DNA of 64,000 nt from Negativicutes bacterium. GTDB lineage: Bacteria > Bacillota > Negativicutes > UBA1444. The stretch spans positions 84,330 to 148,329 of the forward strand of contig CAXXIN010000012.1 in assembly GCA_963665275.2 (NCBI GenBank), given 5' to 3'. Position numbers and translations under genes: made by a program. Below, in pieces: positions 47,862-58,322 of this stretch (position 1 is its first letter; each line of letters starts with the position of its first letter). The notes beneath the pieces are model-generated. The model worked only from the letters and a program-made list of their open reading frames with translations. It made no database searches and was not told the DNA's origin.

Positions 47862-50800
47862 TTAACCTTCGAACAGGCCCCGAATCTCCGCTTCCGTCAT
47901 CTTGCCGATAAAGTTCTCTCCCGGCTGTATCAACGCATCGATCAACGCTCTTTTTCGTTCCTGCATCACCAGAATTTTTTCTTCGATTGTTCCTTTGGCT
48001 ACCAGTTTGAAAACTTGCACAACATTCTTCTGGCCAATTCGGTAGGCTCGGTCGGTAGCCTGGTCTTCCACCGCCGGGTTCCACCAGGGATCGCAATGTA
48101 CGACCATGTCGGCGCCGGTCAGGTTGAGACCAGCCCCGCCAGCTTTGAGTGAAATTAGGAAAACCTCCCGGTCGCCCTGGTTGAATAAATTGACCAGATG
48201 AATTCTTTCTTGCGCCGCCGTAGATCCGTCCAAATAATGGTACCCCACTCGCAGCTCCTCCAGAATTGGTTTGATCAGTGCCAGCATACCGGTAAACTGC
48301 GAAAAAATCAGCATTCGGTGCTTGGCCGCCACAGCATCTCGGACGATATCAGTCAGCAAGTCCAGCTTACCGCTGCCTCCCGTGTAATTGTCGATAAACA
48401 GTGATGGGTGGCAGCAAAGCTGGCGAAGCCGTGTCAGTATCGCCAATATCTTGATACGGCTCTGATCAAAGCCGCGCAGCGCAATCTCCTGCTCGAAATC
48501 CTGCCGCGCCGAGAGCAACCACGCGGTATACAATTTTCCCTGCTCCTGCGACATCGGCGCAGTCAGCCGACTCTCAATTTTTTCCGGCAGCTCCCGCAAA
48601 ACCGTTTGTTTCATCCGCCGCAGCACAAACGGCCGGATAAGCCGCCCCAAGTCTTTGAGAGCCGTTTCGTCGGATTTTTTCATGATTGGCGCCTCAAAGC
48701 GCTTCACATACGATGAGTGGCTATGGAAATAGCCCGGCAAGATAAAATCAAAAATCGACCACAATTCCGTTAACGAATTTTCAATCGGTGTGCCTGTCAA
48801 AGCAAAACACGCATCCGCCTGAATCCGTTTCACAGCCTGCGCGCTGAGAGTCTGCGGATTTTTAACATTCTGCGCTTCATCCAGGAAACAGTAGCGTATC
48901 GGCATTTGTTCATACAATTCTATATCTCGTTTCAAAAGGCCATAGGACGTTATAATCACATCCACCGCCTCCATTTCGGCCAAGGCAGCCTGTCGCTCGC
49001 CAGGTTGACCCGCCACCACCAGCACCCGCAACTCCGGTGTAAACTTCGCCGCCTCGTCCTGCCAGTTGTACACCAACGAAGTCGGCGCGACAACCAGAGA
49101 AGGCCGTCCGGCGCTTTCCGACAACAGAAAAGTCAAAACCTGCAACGTCTTGCCCAGCCCCATGTCATCGGCCAACACGCCCCCCATGCCATAACGGGCC
49201 AACGATTTCAGCCACTTGAATCCCGTTTTTTGATAATCCCGCAAAGTGCCCTGAATCCCTTCCGGCACAACATCATCAGACTCCTGCGGTTCACGGATAT
49301 CCTGCAACATGCGGCGCACCGCGCTGCTGCGCTCTACCACCAACTCGCCATTTTCCTTCATGAAGCTGTCGATCAGCAACGCCCGATACTTGGGCAGCTT
49401 GATAACCGGCTTCGACATATCGGCAGCATTGATTCCCAGTTCACCGATCAAATGTGCGGCGGCGGCAAATTCCGGCGAATCCAGCGGTACGAAACTGCCG
49501 TCCTTCAACCGATGATACCGTTTCTTCACTTGATAAGATTCCAGCAAAGATAACAAATCCGACTGATCCATGTCCTCGCAGTCAAGAGCCACTTCCAGCC
49601 AGTCGAAGTCCTCTGTCAAACGAACGCCGATCTTGACTCGCGCTCGTCGATTGATGCGCAGAGACGAGAAGTCGTCTGAGGAAAAAACCTCAGCGGTCTC
49701 ACACAAGACCGGCAAACCCTCCAGCAGAAAGTCGTAAGCCGCGTCTTCGTCCGGCAAAACCAGAGATTCTCCGCCTGCCACAAATCGATAAGCCAAAAAT
49801 ATCTGCAACAAGCTCATTTCAGCTTTTGCATCCCGCACTAGATATTTGCCATCGAGATCGACAATCTCGCGCGCTCCTTGCAACGCCGGGTTAATCACAG
49901 TTTCTCCATAGCAGAATTCTATCCGGGCGCTCATCCCCGCCCCGTGACGATCCAGGTAAACTTTTTTCTCCAACTGCTCCCAAAACAAACGTTGTTCCGC
50001 TTGTTTGCCAATTTCCAGCGTCCCGACAGATTCCAACGCCGGGATCACATTGGAAGCGAAATCAGAGACCAACGAAGGTGGCAATTGAATAGAATGAAAT
50101 TTATTCTCGACAAAACATTGCATCAACGGAGCCATCGATGTAGCAAAATCAGCATCAACATGATAAATGGTCTGTTGATGTAAAAAATAACGCAGACCGG
50201 TGTCCAACGGAAAAAATTCCGCTTCGTTCCATTCATGACTCAAGCTTAGACCCTGCTCTTCGGCGTCAATTTTAAACCGAATCGGCGGCCGCCCGGCGCA
50301 GACCAAAGTCAAACGGGGCGTTTGACGCTCCAATGAAACCGCAACCGATTTATCCATGTAAAGTTGAAAAAACTCATCAAGAGTCGCCCGGGTAAGACGA
50401 AAACGGCGGCCTGCGTCAAAGACCGAGCCATTGGCGCTGGATGAATAATTCCACCTCTGCCGCTCCTGTTCTTCGTCGTAGACACGGGTTAGAAGCTTGA
50501 TCAACCCGCGCGATGTGTCGTCCAGCTCTGCAGTTGCCGACTTCAATGTAAATTGCTTGCCGAAAACAAGCTCGGTATTACCAGCCCAAGCTTGCAGAAA
50601 CTCGGGAATATTCTTAACAACGTATTGCCGCTCAGATCCGATCGAAAACTCCAGCCAACTCTCACCGTCCAAGAAGTTGAAACGATTCCGCACAAACCAA
50701 AAGGTCGGCTCAATGCTAACCGGTTGCATCGCAACAGGACGGGAAGATGCGGCAGGAACCGCACGAAAAAACGACAACATCCGCCTTGTCGCTTCCGAAG

Positions 50801-51161
50801 CTCCCCTGTATCCAACTACAGGTTTTAAATCCGGAAGCAATTTAGCGGCAGGTTCCGCCCCCGATGCCAAATGAAAATATTTATGCCAATCATATTGAAT
50901 GGATTTCAACACCGCCACAATATGCTTGCAAGCCCCTTCATACTTTTCAAATGCCGGGCAACTGCAGAGCTGATCATGGACATCGCCGCTTTCATCAATT
51001 TTCAGTTCAACATAATACAATTGACTCCCGCGAACTTCTGCTTCAAAAATCCCATTGCCGCGCAGATATACAGTTTTGACATATCCATCGGCATAATAAT
51101 CGCAGCCCTTGAGGTAACTGGCCTGATCCGCTTCACTACGAATCTTTGCTTCGGTCAACAT
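47862..51161 (-). CDS. SWIM zinc finger / SNF2 family helicase
   Basis: CSC...CKH SWIM motif; DDMGLGKT, DEAQ, TGTPIEN, FSQF, QATDRAYRIGQ; RBS GGAGG before ATG 51161. Confidence 0.93.
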   Translation of the reverse strand: MLTEAKIRSEADQASYLKGCDYYADGYVKTVYLRGNGIFEAEVRGSQLYYVELKIDESGDVHDQLCSCPAFEKYEGACKHIVAVLKSIQYDWHKYFHLASGAEPAAKLLPDLKPVVGYRGASEATRRMLSFFRAVPAASSRPVAMQPVSIEPTFWFVRNRFNFLDGESWLEFSIGSERQYVVKNIPEFLQAWAGNTELVFGKQFTLKSATAELDDTSRGLIKLLTRVYDEEQERQRWNYSSSANGSVFDAGRRFRLTRATLDEFFQLYMDKSVAVSLERQTPRLTLVCAGRPPIRFKIDAEEQGLSLSHEWNEAEFFPLDTGLRYFLHQQTIYHVDADFATSMAPLMQCFVENKFHSIQLPPSLVSDFASNVIPALESVGTLEIGKQAEQRLFWEQLEKKVYLDRHGAGMSARIEFCYGETVINPALQGAREIVDLDGKYLVRDAKAEMSLLQIFLAYRFVAGGESLVLPDEDAAYDFLLEGLPVLCETAEVFSSDDFSSLRINRRARVKIGVRLTEDFDWLEVALDCEDMDQSDLLSLLESYQVKKRYHRLKDGSFVPLDSPEFAAAAHLIGELGINAADMSKPVIKLPKYRALLIDSFMKENGELVVERSSAVRRMLQDIREPQESDDVVPEGIQGTLRDYQKTGFKWLKSLARYGMGGVLADDMGLGKTLQVLTFLLSESAGRPSLVVAPTSLVYNWQDEAAKFTPELRVLVVAGQPGERQAALAEMEAVDVIITSYGLLKRDIELYEQMPIRYCFLDEAQNVKNPQTLSAQAVKRIQADACFALTGTPIENSLTELWSIFDFILPGYFHSHSSYVKRFEAPIMKKSDETALKDLGRLIRPFVLRRMKQTVLRELPEKIESRLTAPMSQEQGKLYTAWLLSARQDFEQEIALRGFDQSRIKILAILTRLRQLCCHPSLFIDNYTGGSGKLDLLTDIVRDAVAAKHRMLIFSQFTGMLALIKPILEELRVGYHYLDGSTAAQERIHLVNLFNQGDREVFLISLKAGGAGLNLTGADMVVHCDPWWNPAVEDQATDRAYRIGQKNVVQVFKLVAKGTIEEKILVMQERKRALIDALIQPGENFIGKMTEAEIRGLFEG

Positions 51162-51288
51162 GTTTATCCCGTTACCTCCCCTGTCACATCTTTTTGTTCC
51201 CTCTATTATACGACAACAACGCAAAAATAGATTGGCGAATATTACCAATCTATTTTTGCGTTGCAAGCAACATTGCGAATTCAACAGT

Positions 51289-51330
51289 CTATTCACATAG
51301 TTATCCACAGACTTATCCACATTTTCCACA
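51289..51330 (+). promoter_or_regulatory. cluster of four head-to-tail DnaA boxes
   Basis: CTATTCACA (51289), TTATCCACA (51301), TTATCCACA (51313), TTTTCCACA (51322). Confidence 0.75.
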
Positions 51331-51365
51331 ACGAGAAGTAGAGATTCTCTACAGACAGGGAAAAG

Positions 51366-53111
51366 CTACAAGTAATCCTGCAGTTCTTTTGGTATCGCTG
51401 CACTCAGATACGAAACAATTTCATCAGCGGTCGACAGTTGCATTGCTTTGGCTGCAACTTCCCTCGCATAAGCCATGTCTACCGACGTAATGATTTTTTT
51501 GATTTTTAGCAATGCCGACGGATTCACGCTGAATTCCGTCAGGCCCAGCCCCAATAACAAGAGCGTTGCTACCGGATCGGACGCCATCTCGCCGCACATC
51601 CCGGCAAATTTTCCGCCGCCGGCCTGGTTCGCGGTTTCAATAACTGTCCGAATCAGTCGCAGTACACCCGGTTGAAAAGGATTGTAAAGCTTGCTGATTT
51701 TCTCATTCATCCGGTCTACCGCCAAAGTGTACTGGGTAAGATCATTACTGCCAATGCTGAAAAAAGCTGTTTCCAAAATCAACAGGTCCGCCATCACCGC
51801 CGCCGAGGGAATTTCCACCATGATACCGGCCTGCAAATCATCGTCAAAAGGTAGCCCTTCGATCCGCAAGGATTCCTTCGCTTCCTGTAAAATTTGATTC
51901 GCCGCCCGAACTTCTTCCAACGAAGCAATCATCGGATACATGATAAGCGCCCGGCCATGAACTCCCGCTCGCAGAATCGCCCGCAACTGCGTCATGAACA
52001 GGGCTTTTTCCTGCAGGCAAATCCGGATTGCCCGATAGCCGAGAAAAGGATTTTCTTCCTTGGGCAGATTCAGATAGGCAATTTTCTTGTCCCCGCCAAT
52101 ATCCAGAGTTCGTATGATCACTGGTTTCCCCTGCATGCGCTTGAGAACTTTGGCGTATGCCTCGTACTGTTCGTCTTCCATTGGCGCAGCGCTTCTGTCC
52201 ATGAACAAAAACTCCGTACGATACAGGCCGATGCCGTCCGCACCCAATTCCGCCGCTTTTGCCGCACCTTCCGGGTCCATAATATTCGCTGCAAGTTCCA
52301 CGGCAACCCCGTCGCGGGTTCGAGTCGGCTTGTCGACGAGTTCATTCAACGACTCCTCGATCGACTTTCGCCGGGCAACGTCGCCGTTTATCTCGGCAAG
52401 ACGCCAGGAATCGATCTGCGTCTCCACGTTTCCTGCATCGCCATCCACGCCCACTAACTCTCCAGCGCCGATTGCGTCCAAAATTCCCAGGCATCCCAGC
52501 ACAGCAGGAATCCCCATATTATTGGCCAAAATTGCGGTATGGGACGTTTTTCCACCCATCTCGGCAACGATCCCCTTCACCTTGGACACATCGAGCGAGG
52601 CCATTTGCGACGTAGTGATTTCCTGTCCAACCAAAATCACTTCTTCCGGCAACATCGACAAGTCTTGTTCCTGAACGCCCAGTAAAATCGACGCCAACCG
52701 AGAGCCGATATCTTTGACGTCAGACCCCCGCTCCCGTAGATAGGGATCATCCAGTCCCGCCATGATATCCGCTTGCTCCGCAATGGTTTCCTCCACAGCA
52801 CGAACAGCCGAATAAAGCTGCGTGGATATTTTTTCCCGCACCCCATCCTCCAGCGTCGGGTCAGTCAACATAAGGCTCTGCGCCTCAACAATGTCAGCCT
52901 TAGTCTCATCCCCAGCCTTGCGAGCCCGCACTATAATGGCTTCCAACTGCCCCCCCGCATGTTCCACCGCTTGCTTGAAACGTCCCAGTTCCGCGTCGAT
53001 CTGAGCGCGTTCAATCGACCGATTGGCCGATGTGAGATTGGGCAACGGTCGGATTACAAGGCTTTTTGCAACAGCGAGGCCTGGCGCCGCTCCAATTCCA
53101 TGAAACAACAT
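51366..53111 (-). CDS. ptsI: phosphoenolpyruvate-protein phosphotransferase (PTS enzyme I)
   Basis: TSHTAI phospho-His, GIGLYRTEF, RTLDIGGDK, SIGSNDL, GMCGE. Confidence 0.95.
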   Translation of the reverse strand: MLFHGIGAAPGLAVAKSLVIRPLPNLTSANRSIERAQIDAELGRFKQAVEHAGGQLEAIIVRARKAGDETKADIVEAQSLMLTDPTLEDGVREKISTQLYSAVRAVEETIAEQADIMAGLDDPYLRERGSDVKDIGSRLASILLGVQEQDLSMLPEEVILVGQEITTSQMASLDVSKVKGIVAEMGGKTSHTAILANNMGIPAVLGCLGILDAIGAGELVGVDGDAGNVETQIDSWRLAEINGDVARRKSIEESLNELVDKPTRTRDGVAVELAANIMDPEGAAKAAELGADGIGLYRTEFLFMDRSAAPMEDEQYEAYAKVLKRMQGKPVIIRTLDIGGDKKIAYLNLPKEENPFLGYRAIRICLQEKALFMTQLRAILRAGVHGRALIMYPMIASLEEVRAANQILQEAKESLRIEGLPFDDDLQAGIMVEIPSAAVMADLLILETAFFSIGSNDLTQYTLAVDRMNEKISKLYNPFQPGVLRLIRTVIETANQAGGGKFAGMCGEMASDPVATLLLLGLGLTEFSVNPSALLKIKKIITSVDMAYAREVAAKAMQLSTADEIVSYLSAAIPKELQDYL

Positions 53112-53128
53112 CCGCTCACCCTCTTTTC

Positions 53129-53389
53129 TTATTCCGGCAAGGTTTCGATCAAGTGGCACAAAGCTTCCAACGTCGTTTGTTCATCTTCCCCTTCAACAGC
53201 CACCACAATCTGCGACCCTTGGCGAATGCCGCCACCCAGCACATTCAGTATGCTTTTGGCATTGATCGTCTTGCCATTAAACAAAATTGTCACTTTCGAT
53301 TTGCTTTTTGCCGCCTGAGCTACCAGCAGCGCTGCAGGACGGGCATGGAAACCAGTAGGATTCGTAACTGCAATTTCTCGTTGAACCAT
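53129..53389 (-). CDS. ptsH: HPr phosphocarrier protein
   Basis: GFHARPA (His15), NAKSIL (Ser46). Confidence 0.93.
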   Translation of the reverse strand: MVQREIAVTNPTGFHARPAALLVAQAAKSKSKVTILFNGKTINAKSILNVLGGGIRQGSQIVVAVEGEDEQTTLEALCHLIETLPE

Positions 53390-53457
53390 GATCTTTCCCC
53401 TTTCACACCGATTTGTTGTCCATCATTATATATTTTCAGCCATACAGCATGGGACCT

Positions 53458-55509
53458 TTACCCAATGGTGAAAAATCCTGTGTCGCCTCGTTTTATCCAG
53501 CGTCCTTCTTCTACCGTCACCGACACTCCTTCCGGCAAATTGGTAAAAATAATTGGTGAAATCAACGAAGGCACTTTGTCGCGGATAAGCTCCAAATCGA
53601 CCTTTAGCAAGGGCTGGCCGGCCTTGACTATATCATCCTGTCCAACCAAGCCAGTGAAGCCTTCTCCCCCTAGTTTGACAGTATCAAGTCCAATATGGAT
53701 CAAAACTTCCATTCCATTATCAGCCGTAATGCCGACCGCATGGCGGGTATCAGCCATAAAACTGGTAACCGTCCCATTGACCGGAGAGGTAATCTCGCCG
53801 TTAGACGGATCAATCGCAAACCCATCTCCCATGATTTTCTGGGCGAACACGTTGTCAGGCACATGCGCCAAATCCACCAATCTTCCTTCAATTGGCGCTA
53901 AAAACTCTTTGTACATATTTACATCCTTTCCATCCACGGTGATTACTTTCTCATCAACCGATTTGAGATCCGGCAGAGGGGCGGCTTCAGACTCGACACC
54001 ATTGATGATGTTCTGCATCTGCGTCTTCAGTTGATCGGATTTGGGGCCGAATACGATCTGCAAATTGTCCCCCACTACCATCGTCCCCGCCGCTCCCAAC
54101 TGTTTCAAGCGTTTTTGGTCTACATTCCCCACGTTTTTCACGCTGACTCGTAGTCGGGTAATACAGGCATCCAGGTCCGTGAGATTCCCCTTGCCTCCGA
54201 GCGCCTTCAGGATTTCTCCGGCCAATCCACCCGACTCCGTCTGTGCAGGCCCAACGCCTTCTTCTTCCGTTTCGCGCCCTGGAGTCTTCAAATCCCAGTG
54301 TCGAATGGTCCAGCGAAACCCAAAATAATAGATGACGGAAAAAACCAGGCCTACTGGAATAACCAGCCACCAGGCGGAGCGGTTGGGAATCACTCCGAAC
54401 AAAATGAAGTCGATCACGCCGCCGGAAAACGTCATACCGATTTTAACATCCAGCAGCTGCATCGTCATAAAAGAGAGTCCGGCAAACAGGCAGTGAATGG
54501 CGAACAATATCGGCGCGACAAATAAGAAAGAAAACTCGATAGGCTCGGTGATGCCGGTCAAAAACGATGTCAACGCAGCCGAGCCCATGATACCAGCTAC
54601 CAATAGCCGTTTTTCCGGCCGAGCTTCATGATAAATCGCCAGTGCGGCGGCTGGCAATCCAAACATCATAAAAGGGAATTTGCCGGTCATAAATGTTCCG
54701 GCGGTAAAAGGGACCCCATCTTTCAACTGTGCGAAAAAAATGCTCTGGTCGCCACGCACAACAGCTCCAGCTTTGTTCACATATTCTCCGAATTGATACC
54801 AAAAAGGATTGTAGAAAATATGGTGTAATCCGAACGGAATCAGCGACCGCTCCACCACTCCAAAAACGAAAGCGGCTACAGTCCGGTTGGCGTCAATCAT
54901 GTTATGGGAAAAATAGTTGAGTGCGTTTTGCACCGGCGGCCAGACAAAAACCATCAGCACTCCCAGCAATACAGCGCCGGAAGCACTGACAATCGGTACA
55001 AACCGCTTGCCGGCAAAGAAGCTGAGATAGGTTGGAAGCACCATGTTAAAGTATCGGCGATAAACTACAGATGCAAATATGCCGACAATAATCCCGCCAA
55101 AAACGCCGGTTTGCAAAGTAGGAATTCCCAGCACACTCGTATAGGCTGGATTTTTCACTGTCAGCAACTCCGGCGTGACTCCTGCCACAGCTCCCATCGT
55201 CACATTCATTACCAAAAATCCCACGATGGCAGCCAAGCCGGCCACGCCTTCACCGCCAGACATTCCGACTGCCACGCCGACTGTGAACAATAGGGGAAGA
55301 TTAGCAAACAAAACGCCGCCTGCTTGCTCAATTACTTTGGCCACCGACTGGAAAACCGGGTTTCCCATCGCCGGAATCAATTCGATTGCAGCCGGATTTT
55401 GAAACGCATTGCCGAAAGCAAGCAGTATGCCTGCCGCCGGGAGAAGGGCCACCGGAAGCATCAACGCTTTCCCGACCTGTTGCAAAATACCAAACGATTT
55501 TTTGAACAT
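53458..55509 (-). CDS. ptsG: PTS glucose-specific EIICBA component
   Basis: ALMLPVALLPAAG, GITEPIEF, DACITRLR (EIIB Cys), HIGLDTV (EIIA His). Start moved to ATG 55509. Confidence 0.9.
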   Translation of the reverse strand: MFKKSFGILQQVGKALMLPVALLPAAGILLAFGNAFQNPAAIELIPAMGNPVFQSVAKVIEQAGGVLFANLPLLFTVGVAVGMSGGEGVAGLAAIVGFLVMNVTMGAVAGVTPELLTVKNPAYTSVLGIPTLQTGVFGGIIVGIFASVVYRRYFNMVLPTYLSFFAGKRFVPIVSASGAVLLGVLMVFVWPPVQNALNYFSHNMIDANRTVAAFVFGVVERSLIPFGLHHIFYNPFWYQFGEYVNKAGAVVRGDQSIFFAQLKDGVPFTAGTFMTGKFPFMMFGLPAAALAIYHEARPEKRLLVAGIMGSAALTSFLTGITEPIEFSFLFVAPILFAIHCLFAGLSFMTMQLLDVKIGMTFSGGVIDFILFGVIPNRSAWWLVIPVGLVFSVIYYFGFRWTIRHWDLKTPGRETEEEGVGPAQTESGGLAGEILKALGGKGNLTDLDACITRLRVSVKNVGNVDQKRLKQLGAAGTMVVGDNLQIVFGPKSDQLKTQMQNIINGVESEAAPLPDLKSVDEKVITVDGKDVNMYKEFLAPIEGRLVDLAHVPDNVFAQKIMGDGFAIDPSNGEITSPVNGTVTSFMADTRHAVGITADNGMEVLIHIGLDTVKLGGEGFTGLVGQDDIVKAGQPLLKVDLELIRDKVPSLISPIIFTNLPEGVSVTVEEGRWIKRGDTGFFTIG

Positions 55510-55632
55510 GGCGTACAACTCCCCTCTTCTGTTGACAAGAAAACCGGGCCAACATGGATCGTCCTTGATAAAATTGCCATTTGTTTTAATAACAATAATT
55601 CGAGTATGAAAATCATAATCCCTGTTTATAAA

Positions 55633-55667
55633 TATAAAAAGACGCGCTGAATTTCGGCGCGCCTTTT
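55633..55667 (-). terminator. intrinsic terminator of the amino-acid catabolic operon
   Basis: AAAAGGCGCGC-loop-GCGCGTCTTTTTAT, 50 nt after the stop at 55718. Confidence 0.7.
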
Positions 55668-55717
55668 GCTTTGTCATTTAAATTTCTCTTGACTATTCTG
55701 ATAACGAAAAAATTTTT

Positions 55718-57076
55718 CTATTTGCTCCGCTGCGCGGCAATTTTGACGTTATAAGCCTCAACTTTGGCATATTCGGCGTCCCAGAAAGCTTGGTCCTTCA
55801 TACTGTCCAAATATTCCTGACTGTAGCCGAATTTCAGCCAGTCCGATTCTTTTTGCTGAAACAGGCGCTCTTTGGCTGCGGCGCGGCGCACATCATACAC
55901 ATGTTCCTCGGTGGCGTCGATGAAGATATCCTTCGTCCAGCGGTTCAGCACCGTGTCGGTCAACTCCAGATAACGCTTGTTCAGGTCTTCCAACACCGAA
56001 TCGTAACGATCGAAACCGTCCGTCGCAACAGTCACCACGTTGTCGCCGGGACCGAAGCGCATATGCTTCGCCAGCTTGATCGCACCGATGATATTGCAGA
56101 TTCCCGAGGGGCCAATCGCATAAGTCAAAATCTTAGCCAGCGCTGGATCAACGCCCATCTTCAGCAATAGCTCGGTGCCGTCATGGAAAACTTTGAGACC
56201 CTGCACGGTTTCTTCGTCTTCAATCAGGATCAGGAAGTCCGTCGTCAGCACATTATGGATCAAGGTGCACATCTTGTCGCCGATCCCTTCGATGCGATGC
56301 TGACCACGTCCGCCGTTCGCCAGCGTCGAGCATTCGTAAGGTTCCAGCGCCGCCACTTTGGCTTCAGGGAACGCCGCTTTGATCTGGTCGCCTGCTGCGA
56401 GAGTCCCCGCCGATCCCGGGGCCGAAGTGAAGCCGGCGATCCGGCCGTTGCCGATGCCTTGCACCGCTTCGATGGCGCTTCCGCCAGTCACATGACGATG
56501 AAAACGATAGTTGGCCATCAGTTCGAACTGGGCCAGCGCCTTGTTTTTCGGGTTCTTCATCATCTCATGGGTGCGTTCAAGCGTCAGGATGACATCCGAC
56601 TCGGAGCCCGGCGTCAATTCAAGCTCACCGCCGTATTTTTGAATCCGCTCATAACGTTCCTTACTCATGTTGTCAGGCATGATGACAACCGCTTTCAGCC
56701 CAAGCAAATTGGAAATATAGGCGGTGCCAATGCCGAAATTGCCGGTGGAAGGGCCGAGGATCGTGTGTTCCGGCGTGATTTCGCCATCCACCAATCCTTC
56801 GATCAGAGTACTGTAAGCCGGACCCACTTTGTGCGACCCGGATGGAAATCCACAGCCGAGCAACACGACGATGTTGGCGTCTACGCCGGTAAGGGCTGGA
56901 GGCAGGACGATCTTGCGCACCTGATTATCGGCGTCTTTCCAGGTAATATTGAACAGATTGAGTGGATCCAGTTCATCTTCATGCAATTTTTTCAGGGCTT
57001 TTTCCCGCACTGCCGGGGCGATTTTCTCCGGGTGCAGCATTTCATCGTACGTTGGCCCAAATGGAACCTTGCTCAT
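55718..57076 (-). CDS. fold-type II PLP-dependent enzyme (cysteine synthase/TrpB superfamily), function unknown
   Basis: GSHKVG (PLP Lys), PSTGNFG, PGSAGTL, HRIEGIGD. Confidence 0.85.
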   Translation of the reverse strand: MSKVPFGPTYDEMLHPEKIAPAVREKALKKLHEDELDPLNLFNITWKDADNQVRKIVLPPALTGVDANIVVLLGCGFPSGSHKVGPAYSTLIEGLVDGEITPEHTILGPSTGNFGIGTAYISNLLGLKAVVIMPDNMSKERYERIQKYGGELELTPGSESDVILTLERTHEMMKNPKNKALAQFELMANYRFHRHVTGGSAIEAVQGIGNGRIAGFTSAPGSAGTLAAGDQIKAAFPEAKVAALEPYECSTLANGGRGQHRIEGIGDKMCTLIHNVLTTDFLILIEDEETVQGLKVFHDGTELLLKMGVDPALAKILTYAIGPSGICNIIGAIKLAKHMRFGPGDNVVTVATDGFDRYDSVLEDLNKRYLELTDTVLNRWTKDIFIDATEEHVYDVRRAAAKERLFQQKESDWLKFGYSQEYLDSMKDQAFWDAEYAKVEAYNVKIAAQRSK

Positions 57077-57113
57077 TTGATATTCCCTCCAATTTTTTCA
57101 ATAAAACTCTATT

Positions 57114-58322
57114 TTATTTGCACAGAAATTTTGCCGCGATGGCCTGATAACCGATGGCCGCCGCATTCACCTGCGCAATCTCAATACTCTCGTCAACGAC
57201 ATGGGCTCCATCTTCCGCCCCCGGACCGAAACCGATGGTCGGAATGCCTGCAATGCCGGCGGAGTAACTGCCGTTGGTGCAGAAGCTATATTTCGTCACT
57301 GCTGGATCCATCCCCGTCTGACGAACTGCGGATAGCGATCCTGCCACCAAAGGATGTTCCTCTGGCAGAACCCAGGCCGGGAAGAAACGCTTGCCGCCCA
57401 TGACTTCACCCGTATGGCAGGTCTGGCTGGCTGTCGCAATCTGGATATCCGCCTCAAACTGGGGATCGAGCACCTTCAGTTGCTGCACACACTGCCGCAA
57501 CGGCGCCAACACGGCTTCCTCCGTCTCGCCCACCAACAGCCGCCGGTCAAAGGTGACCCTGCATTTGTGGGGTACGACCGAGGCGCCGGGGTAGGGGGAA
57601 GACATAATGTCCGTCAGTTCCAAGATCCCATCACCCAAAAACTCTTCGCGGGACACCGGCAACTGCCGGATCAACTTGACCAGTTCCAGCATCATGTATA
57701 CGGAGTTTTTGCCTACTTCGGGATTAGACGAATGCGCCGCTTTGCCGGTTGTCGTCACGACGATTTCCGCGCGGCCCCGCTGGCCCCGCTTCAGGTTCAA
57801 AGCAGACGCTTCACCGATCACGACAAAATCAGGTGTGATCGCTTCAACGACTTTCGACAGGCCCAGTCCTTCAAACGTTTCTTCACAAACCGTGCCTGAA
57901 ACGTAGACGGACCCCGCCATTTTTTCGCGGCAGGAAGTCAGAGCAGCCGCCCCGAAAATCATCGCTGCCAGCGCACACTTCATATCGCTGGCGCCTCGTC
58001 CATAAATGCGCCCTTCCCGGACTGTTCCTCCGAACGGCGGTACGGTCCAGTCTGGTCCGTCGCTCACGTCCACCGTGTCGATGTGTCCGTCGAATAGAAT
58101 CGACGGACCGGGCAGGGTTCCCCTGATTTCGCCCACCACGTTGCCGAACGCATCGATCCAGGCCCGGTCATATCCCAATTTTACCATAGTCCCCTGCAGT
58201 TCTCTCGCCAATCGTCCTTCGTCGCCGGTATAGCTCTGCAAACTGATCATCCGTTGACACAATCCCAGTAGTCCCGCTTCGTCAATGGCCGCCACCGGGG
58301 GCATCAAGCCTGCTTTTCCCAT
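57114..58322 (-). CDS. YgeY-family M20 metallo-hydrolase
   Basis: FDGHIDTV, YGRGASDMK, VCEE, GQRGR, AAHSSNP, FCTNG, GFGPG.E..AH. Confidence 0.88.
   Translation of the reverse strand: MGKAGLMPPVAAIDEAGLLGLCQRMISLQSYTGDEGRLARELQGTMVKLGYDRAWIDAFGNVVGEIRGTLPGPSILFDGHIDTVDVSDGPDWTVPPFGGTVREGRIYGRGASDMKCALAAMIFGAAALTSCREKMAGSVYVSGTVCEETFEGLGLSKVVEAITPDFVVIGEASALNLKRGQRGRAEIVVTTTGKAAHSSNPEVGKNSVYMMLELVKLIRQLPVSREEFLGDGILELTDIMSSPYPGASVVPHKCRVTFDRRLLVGETEEAVLAPLRQCVQQLKVLDPQFEADIQIATASQTCHTGEVMGGKRFFPAWVLPEEHPLVAGSLSAVRQTGMDPAVTKYSFCTNGSYSAGIAGIPTIGFGPGAEDGAHVVDESIEIAQVNAAAIGYQAIAAKFLCK

Noticed and set aside
51289-51330. Possible replication origin
   Set aside because: Only four boxes, no obvious unwinding element, no dnaA/dnaN context, and gene orientation does not switch across the site.
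55510-55717. Expected GlcT/LicT RAT antiterminator upstream of ptsG
   Set aside because: No RAT consensus is visible; the hairpin present is better explained as the terminator of the upstream operon.
56183-57403. 406-aa plus-strand ORF (similar long antisense ORFs at 32672, 43241 and 62651)
   Set aside because: Mirror frames opposite well-supported genes, as expected from codon bias; no recognisable domain.
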